A stretch of DNA of 33,580 nt from Formosimonas sp. Lineage in GTDB: Bacteria; Pseudomonadota; Gammaproteobacteria; Burkholderiales; Burkholderiaceae. A model generated the notes under the pieces. That model was not told where the DNA came from, did no database searches, and saw only the letters and a list, made by a program, of their open reading frames with translations. How positions within the stretch are numbered: the first letter of the stretch is position 1; each line of letters starts with the position of its first letter. Positions 28,523 to 33,580 of the stretch are shown here, one piece after another. The stretch lies in the NCBI GenBank assembly GCA_044357705.1, contig JBIKPB010000001.1:1-33580 (forward strand). The letters are read 5' to 3'. Both the position numbers and the translations under genes were made by a program.

Positions 28523-29689
28523 TTACTTGCTGGTTTTAAATTGACGGAACGTATCGTTCATGGCTTTGTTCGCCTCGTCAGTCGCAGGCAAACGGCGCAT
28601 TGCCATTGATTTCAAATTATCTGCGGACAAGAAAATCGTTTGATTGTCTGCTGATTTTTTATCGACGAATTCAAGTGCTGGTTTATTTGGTGTGGCATAG
28701 CCCAACTTATTCGTCATCAACGCAGCTACTTTAGGATCCAATGAGTAGTTAATCCATGCATAAGCATTGTCGATATTTTTTGCATCGGCAGGAATCGCCA
28801 TTGTGTCAAAGAATACGATGCCACCATGACCGAGCAAAACTTTGATATTGGCGTTGCCAAAATCCAGCGCGGCTTTATTGATGTCACCCGACCAACCCAA
28901 GAATACGCAGAGATTACCATCAGCAATCTCATTCACAACCGACGAATCGCCAAATTTACGAATGTCTTTACGAACGGCTTTGAGCATTTCGCCTGCGGCG
29001 GCATAATCTGCAAGATTAGTGCTGCTCGCATCTTTACCCATGTATTGCAAGGCCGCTGGCAATACTTCTGAAGGCGAATCAAGCATAAAAATACCGCATG
29101 ATTTCAACTTGCTGGTGTACTCAGGCTTAAACACCAAGTCAAATGGATTTTCAGGAAGCGGCATGTCACCTAAGGCTTTTTTAACTTTTTCTTCGTTAAT
29201 ACCTACGCCGGTGAAACCCCAAGCCCAAGGAATCAAATATTCATTACCAGGATCGGCTTTAGCGATTTGCTCCATCAGCGCTGGGTCAAGGTTTTTGTAG
29301 TTCGGAATTTTGCTCTTATCGAGCTTCATGAATTTACCTTGCTTGATTTGTTTTTCAGCCCAAGCTGCACCAGGCACCACAACATCATAACCGGTGTTAC
29401 CGGCAATCAATTTGGCATTCAAAGCCTCATCGGTTTCAAAAGTGTCGTAATTGACCTTTAAACCAGTTTGATCGATAAAGCCTTCTTTAAAGCCTTCAGG
29501 CAAATACTCAATCCAGTTGTAAACGTTGACTTCACCCCTAAGTTTAGCGGGCGCCGTAGCTGCTGCGTCGGTTTTAGCACCGTCCGCAGGTTTTGCGGCA
29601 TCGGGCGCTTTATCAGAGCCACCACATGCGCTCAACACCAACGCAGCGAAGAAAGAAAGGCCAAAATGGCGAAGATGTTTTGCATTCAC
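28523..29689 (-). CDS. potF: Putrescine/polyamine-binding protein with a lipoprotein signal
   Basis: VYNWIEY, YDTFET.E.L.AKL..G.TGYDVVVP, DPGNEY.IPW.WG, LKSCGI..LDSPSE, GWSGD, FDTMAIP.DAKN; N-terminal LSAC lipobox. Confidence 0.9.
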   Translation of the reverse strand: MNAKHLRHFGLSFFAALVLSACGGSDKAPDAAKPADGAKTDAAATAPAKLRGEVNVYNWIEYLPEGFKEGFIDQTGLKVNYDTFETDEALNAKLIAGNTGYDVVVPGAAWAEKQIKQGKFMKLDKSKIPNYKNLDPALMEQIAKADPGNEYLIPWAWGFTGVGINEEKVKKALGDMPLPENPFDLVFKPEYTSKLKSCGIFMLDSPSEVLPAALQYMGKDASSTNLADYAAAGEMLKAVRKDIRKFGDSSVVNEIADGNLCVFLGWSGDINKAALDFGNANIKVLLGHGGIVFFDTMAIPADAKNIDNAYAWINYSLDPKVAALMTNKLGYATPNKPALEFVDKKSADNQTIFLSADNLKSMAMRRLPATDEANKAMNDTFRQFKTSK

Positions 29690-29896
29690 AGAGAGTCTCC
29701 TAAATAAAAGTAATTATGGGAAAAATAGGCACTACTTAATTACAGTGGTGCGCTATCGTTTGAGATTTCAAAAACGAACACCGCAAGTGCACGTCCGTTC
29801 AACAGAGGGAATTTTGCACCAAATCAAAGTGCACGTAAATCTACAGTTTTGTTCCGTGATTTTTCATCAGACACGAGTCGATGTATATCTCTCACC

Positions 29897-31276
29897 TCAC
29901 AACACTTTTTGCTTTTTCAAATCCGCCAGTGTTGCATCCAATGCTTGACGTGCCTTCGTCACCAACTCGTCAATATCCGCATGTGACATAACCAGCGGCG
30001 GCGCAATAATCATTCGATCACCGACCGCACGCATCACCAACCCGTTATCAAAGCAATGGCCACGGCAAATCATGCCGACATTATCATCTTCATCAAATGA
30101 AATGTTCTTTTCTTTATCTTTCATCAACACCAAACCACCGACCATACCCAGTGTTTTAGCATCGGCGACCAAAGGATGATCATTGAGGGCTTCAAATTGA
30201 GTTTTGAGATAAGGTGCTGTGTCGTTTTTGATGGTGTTGACTATATCCAATTCCTGCATCAACTTGATATTGGCAATCGCCACCGCACACGCGACCGGAT
30301 GCCCCGAATAAGTATAACCATGATTGAAGTCGCCATCCTCATACAGTACATCAACCACACGCTGGCTGACCATTGCACCACCGAGAGGAATATAACCCGA
30401 TGTCACCCCTTTGGCAAACGTCATAAAGTCAGGCTTAGTGCCCATCGTTTCGCAACCGAACCAAGTACCCAAACGACCAAAGCCGCAAATCACCTCGTCA
30501 CTGATTAATAAAATGCCGTATTTATCACAAATTCGTTGAATCTCTGGCCAGTAGGTTGACGGTGGAATGATCACACCACCCGCACCTTGAACAGGCTCAC
30601 CGATGAACGCAGCTACTTTGTCCGCACCAACTTCTTTGATTTTGTCTTCTAACCAACCGGCAGCAATTACACCGAACTCATCCTCAGTCACGCAGAGTTT
30701 CATGCCCACTTCACGATAATACGGCTGTTCAATATGCACGATTCCCGGAATCGGTAAATCACCTTGTTCATGCATCCCCGTCATGCCGCCGAGCGAAGCA
30801 CCTGCAACGGTTGAACCATGATAGGCATTTTTACGGCTGATGATGGTTTTGCGTTGTTTTTCGCCTTTGATATCCCAATAGCGACGTACCATACGCAAAA
30901 TCGTATCGTTAGATTCTGAACCAGACGAGCTGTAGAATACATGGTTGAACTGCGGCGGCGAAATCTCAGCAAGCAAAGCGGCCAACTCAATCGCCGGCTC
31001 GACGGAGGTGTTAAAAAAGCTGTTGTAAAACGGCAAAATTGTCATTTGTTTGGTTGCCGCATCAACCAAAGATTTTTGACCATAACCCATGTTGACGCAC
31101 CACAAACCCGACATGCCATCAAGAATTTTATTGTCATTCGAATCCCACACGTGCACGCCTTCAGCACGCGTGATGATGCGCGCACCTTTGCTGGCCAAAT
31201 CTTTGTGATCGGTGAACGGATGTAGGTAATGTGCACTATCGGCTTTTTGCAATGCCGCAGTTTGAGCTTGGGTCAT
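29897..31276 (-). CDS. spuC: Putrescine--pyruvate aminotransferase (class III PLP)
   Basis: HYLHPFTD, LDGMSGLWCVN.GYG, SGSESND, YHGST, EPVQGAGGVIIPP, DEVICGFGR, AKGVTSGY. ATG at 31276 has a GGAG RBS. Confidence 0.9.
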   Translation of the reverse strand: MTQAQTAALQKADSAHYLHPFTDHKDLASKGARIITRAEGVHVWDSNDNKILDGMSGLWCVNMGYGQKSLVDAATKQMTILPFYNSFFNTSVEPAIELAALLAEISPPQFNHVFYSSSGSESNDTILRMVRRYWDIKGEKQRKTIISRKNAYHGSTVAGASLGGMTGMHEQGDLPIPGIVHIEQPYYREVGMKLCVTEDEFGVIAAGWLEDKIKEVGADKVAAFIGEPVQGAGGVIIPPSTYWPEIQRICDKYGILLISDEVICGFGRLGTWFGCETMGTKPDFMTFAKGVTSGYIPLGGAMVSQRVVDVLYEDGDFNHGYTYSGHPVACAVAIANIKLMQELDIVNTIKNDTAPYLKTQFEALNDHPLVADAKTLGMVGGLVLMKDKEKNISFDEDDNVGMICRGHCFDNGLVMRAVGDRMIIAPPLVMSHADIDELVTKARQALDATLADLKKQKVL

Positions 31277-31502
31277 GTCAGTCTCCATGAATATATTTGT
31301 TAGAAGCGCAGTGTAGGTCAATGAATCAATAACTGGTGGAATGGATGGGGTTTGGAGTTAAAAGTGGATGGTTTGTATTTAACATCCTAAACCATATTCT
31401 GAACAGGCAGGTTTTAAAGCACACTTATTCTGGACGACTCAAACAATCCAAGCAGGCAAACACCTGATTGGATTGAAATCTCCAGACCCTATCGAACCGA
31501 GC

Positions 31503-31741
31503 TTAAGAGACTTTAACTAACGGCATCTGACCTTGCAAAATTTGCTCAACACTGCGCAGTAACTCTGACAAACCGATTTTATGCACCAGTTGCGTCAATT
31601 GCACGCCTTCGACGATAAACCGAAAAATCGCTGCCATCGACACTTCACCTTGAGCCTTGGCTGCGTGCATTTTTCAACGACAGAGGAGGTGAGCGCGCCA
31701 TTTTTCTCGACAACTTCTCATGCTTTAAAAATATGCAACAT
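31503..31741 (-). pseudogene. Collapsed remnant of a YhdH/YhfP (AcuI-like) MDR oxidoreductase gene
   Basis: AGGA RBS, then MLHIFKA*EVVEKNGALTSSVVEK /shift/ MHAAKAQGEV joined directly to WQRF../ LTQLVHKIGLSELLRSVEQILQGQMPLVKVS*. These resemble the N- and C-termini of the family as I recall them. Confidence 0.6.
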
Positions 31742-31785
31742 CAGGGATTCCTAAATAGAAATGAAAGATGATTGAGCGCAAAATG

Positions 31786-31816
31786 AAAAACGATTGAGGC
31801 AAATACCTCAATCGTT
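31786..31816 (-). terminator. Intrinsic terminator after puuA
   Basis: AACGATTGAGG-CAAATA-CCTCAATCGTT with a minus-strand U-tract. Confidence 0.8.
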
Positions 31817-31837
31817 AAATGTGGAGCAGCTCAGAAA

Positions 31838-33205
31838 TTAAACATTCAGCAGTAAATTTTCACGCTCCCACGGGCTGATCACTTTCATAAACTCTTCGTA
31901 CTCCGCCTCTTTAACCGCGAGGTAGACTTGTACGAATTTAGGACCAAGCACTTCATGCAACTCAGGGCATTCGCGCAACGCATCCAAAGCTTCGCCCAAA
32001 CTGCGCGGCAATTCAAAATCCAAATCATTGACAGCGCCAAACACTTCTGCCGATGGATCAATTTTGTTTTTCATGCCCAAATAACCACACGCCAAGGTCA
32101 CCGCCAAAGCAACGTACGGGTTGGCATCAGAGCCGACCACACGATTTTCAACGCGACGCGCTTGCGGGCTGGATGCGGGGACGCGTAAGCCAACCGTGCG
32201 GTTGTCTTGCGCCCATTGCACGTTGATCGGTGCCGCAGTCGCTTTAGTGATGCGACGATACGAATTGACATACGGCGCGACCAAAGCCATCGCCAAGGGC
32301 ATGTATTTTTGCAGACCGCCAATGTAATGCATGAATCGCTCTGAACGCGTGCCATCTTCATTGGAAAAAATATTCAAACCCGTCTTAGCATCAACAATCG
32401 ATTGGTGAATGTGCATCGCCGATCCCGGCTCATTTTGCATTGGCTTGGCCATAAAGGTGGCAAACATTTCATGACGGATCGCTGCTTCACGCAACGTGCG
32501 CTTGAAGAAAAATACTTTGTCAGCGAGATCCAACGGTGCACCGTGCAAGAAGTTGATTTCCATCTGACCGGCGCCCCACTCATGAATCAAGGTGTCAACG
32601 TCCAAATCCATCGCTTCGCAGTAATCGTAAATATCTTCAAACAACGGGTCGAATTCATTCACTGCATCAATCGAATACGATTGACGTCCCGACTCACGAC
32701 GACCATTGCGACCAATCGGCGGGATCAACAATTGATTGGGGTCGGTATTGCGCGCAACCAAATAAAACTCCAACTCAGGCGCAACCACCGGCACCCAACC
32801 TTCAGCTGCAAACAAAGCTTCGACGCGGCGCAAAACCGAACGTGGCGCAAACTCGACCAAGGTACCATCCATATTGAAGCAATCGTGCAATACTTGCGCA
32901 GTTGCATCCGATGCCCACGGCACGAGACGCACCGTTGACGGATCGGGACGCAACTCCATGTCCATATCGGTAGGTGCAATGATCTCATCCAACGTCTCAT
33001 TTTCGGGGTATTCACCGGTCACCGTTGAACCGAAAATCGCTTCCGGCAAGCGCATACCGCGCTCTTCTGAAAATTTGTTACGTGGCAAAATTTTGCCTTT
33101 CGCAATGCCCGTCAAGTCAGGCACAAGGCATTCAACTTCGGTCACTCGATTTTCATCGAGCCAACGCTCCATTTCGTTGAGGGTGGTAAATTTTTGTAAT
33201 GCCAT
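31838..33205 (-). CDS. puuA: Gamma-glutamylputrescine synthetase (glutamine synthetase family, PuuA/SpuB-like)
   Basis: EVECLVPDLTGIAKGKI, APELEFYL, HEWGAGQMEINF, TFMAKP...PGSAMHIHQS, DNRT.GLRVP, RVENRV.GSDANPY, ISPWERE.LLLNV. Confidence 0.9.
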   Translation of the reverse strand: MALQKFTTLNEMERWLDENRVTEVECLVPDLTGIAKGKILPRNKFSEERGMRLPEAIFGSTVTGEYPENETLDEIIAPTDMDMELRPDPSTVRLVPWASDATAQVLHDCFNMDGTLVEFAPRSVLRRVEALFAAEGWVPVVAPELEFYLVARNTDPNQLLIPPIGRNGRRESGRQSYSIDAVNEFDPLFEDIYDYCEAMDLDVDTLIHEWGAGQMEINFLHGAPLDLADKVFFFKRTLREAAIRHEMFATFMAKPMQNEPGSAMHIHQSIVDAKTGLNIFSNEDGTRSERFMHYIGGLQKYMPLAMALVAPYVNSYRRITKATAAPINVQWAQDNRTVGLRVPASSPQARRVENRVVGSDANPYVALAVTLACGYLGMKNKIDPSAEVFGAVNDLDFELPRSLGEALDALRECPELHEVLGPKFVQVYLAVKEAEYEEFMKVISPWERENLLLNV

Positions 33206-33285
33206 GTTTATGCTCCTGTTGTATCGCTAAAATAATAATTCTAAAAATCGTGCTGTTATCCATCACACACTTGACTCATCGCTCA

Positions 33286-33580
33286 TCATGGATGCCCTTG
33301 TGCGTGATAATTACGACATGCCGTACCAAACGCTTCAAATAAAGCGAGCGAATCGGGATTGTCCGCCATCTTCCATTCCGGATGCCATTGCACCGCCAAC
33401 GCAAAACTTGGATGAGCATCAATTTTGAATGCTTCAATCAACCCATCTGGCGCATGCGCTTCAGCACTCAAACCCTGAGCCAAACGATTCACGCCTTGTC
33501 CGTGTACAGAGTTGACCATCATTTGGCTTTTGCCTAAAGTTTGTTGCATAAAACCGTCTGCAACAAGGTATGCTGGGTGG
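33286..33580 (-). CDS. puuD: Gamma-glutamyl-GABA hydrolase (peptidase C26 family), 3' part; runs off the window edge
   Basis: VNSVHGQGV..LA.GL..EA.APDGLIEA and AVQWHPEW; the frame stays open to the window end. Confidence 0.88.
   Translation of the reverse strand, partial: HPAYLVADGFMQQTLGKSQMMVNSVHGQGVNRLAQGLSAEAHAPDGLIEAFKIDAHPSFALAVQWHPEWKMADNPDSLALFEAFGTACRNYHAQGHP

Noticed and set aside
1-33580. CRISPR arrays, tRNA/rRNA, prophage or defence genes
   Set aside because: No regularly spaced repeats, cloverleaf signatures or phage/defence motifs were recognised by eye.

Overview
Chromosomal window from a Betaproteobacterium (Burkholderiales-like gene set; taxonomy inferred from gene order). 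Left arm: glmU and glmS are separated by a NarL/LuxR response regulator and a membrane-bound hybrid histidine kinase. These are followed by a GST, a frameshifted small hypothetical gene, ychF, and a decayed IS5-family element with intact inverted repeats that contains a nested IS3-family fragment. Middle: secA, dciA (DUF721), pyk, prmB, the rsmB-DUF4390-ntrY-ntrX cluster and gshB. Right arm: a minus-strand gamma-glutamyl putrescine catabolism and uptake cluster, puuD(partial)-puuA-spuC-potFGHI-puuC-puuB. Two things sit inside this cluster: an opposite-strand yybP-ykoY Mn2+ riboswitch with a UPF0016/TMEM165 exporter, and a collapsed yhdH/acuI-like pseudogene followed by a long hairpin. No CRISPR array, tRNA, rRNA or prophage was recognised. 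Best candidates for new biology: the two-component system inside glmU-glmS, the Mn-export cassette inside the polyamine cluster, the lipoprotein PotF and the hidden acuI-like remnant. All family calls are by-eye motif recognition; no database searches were run.
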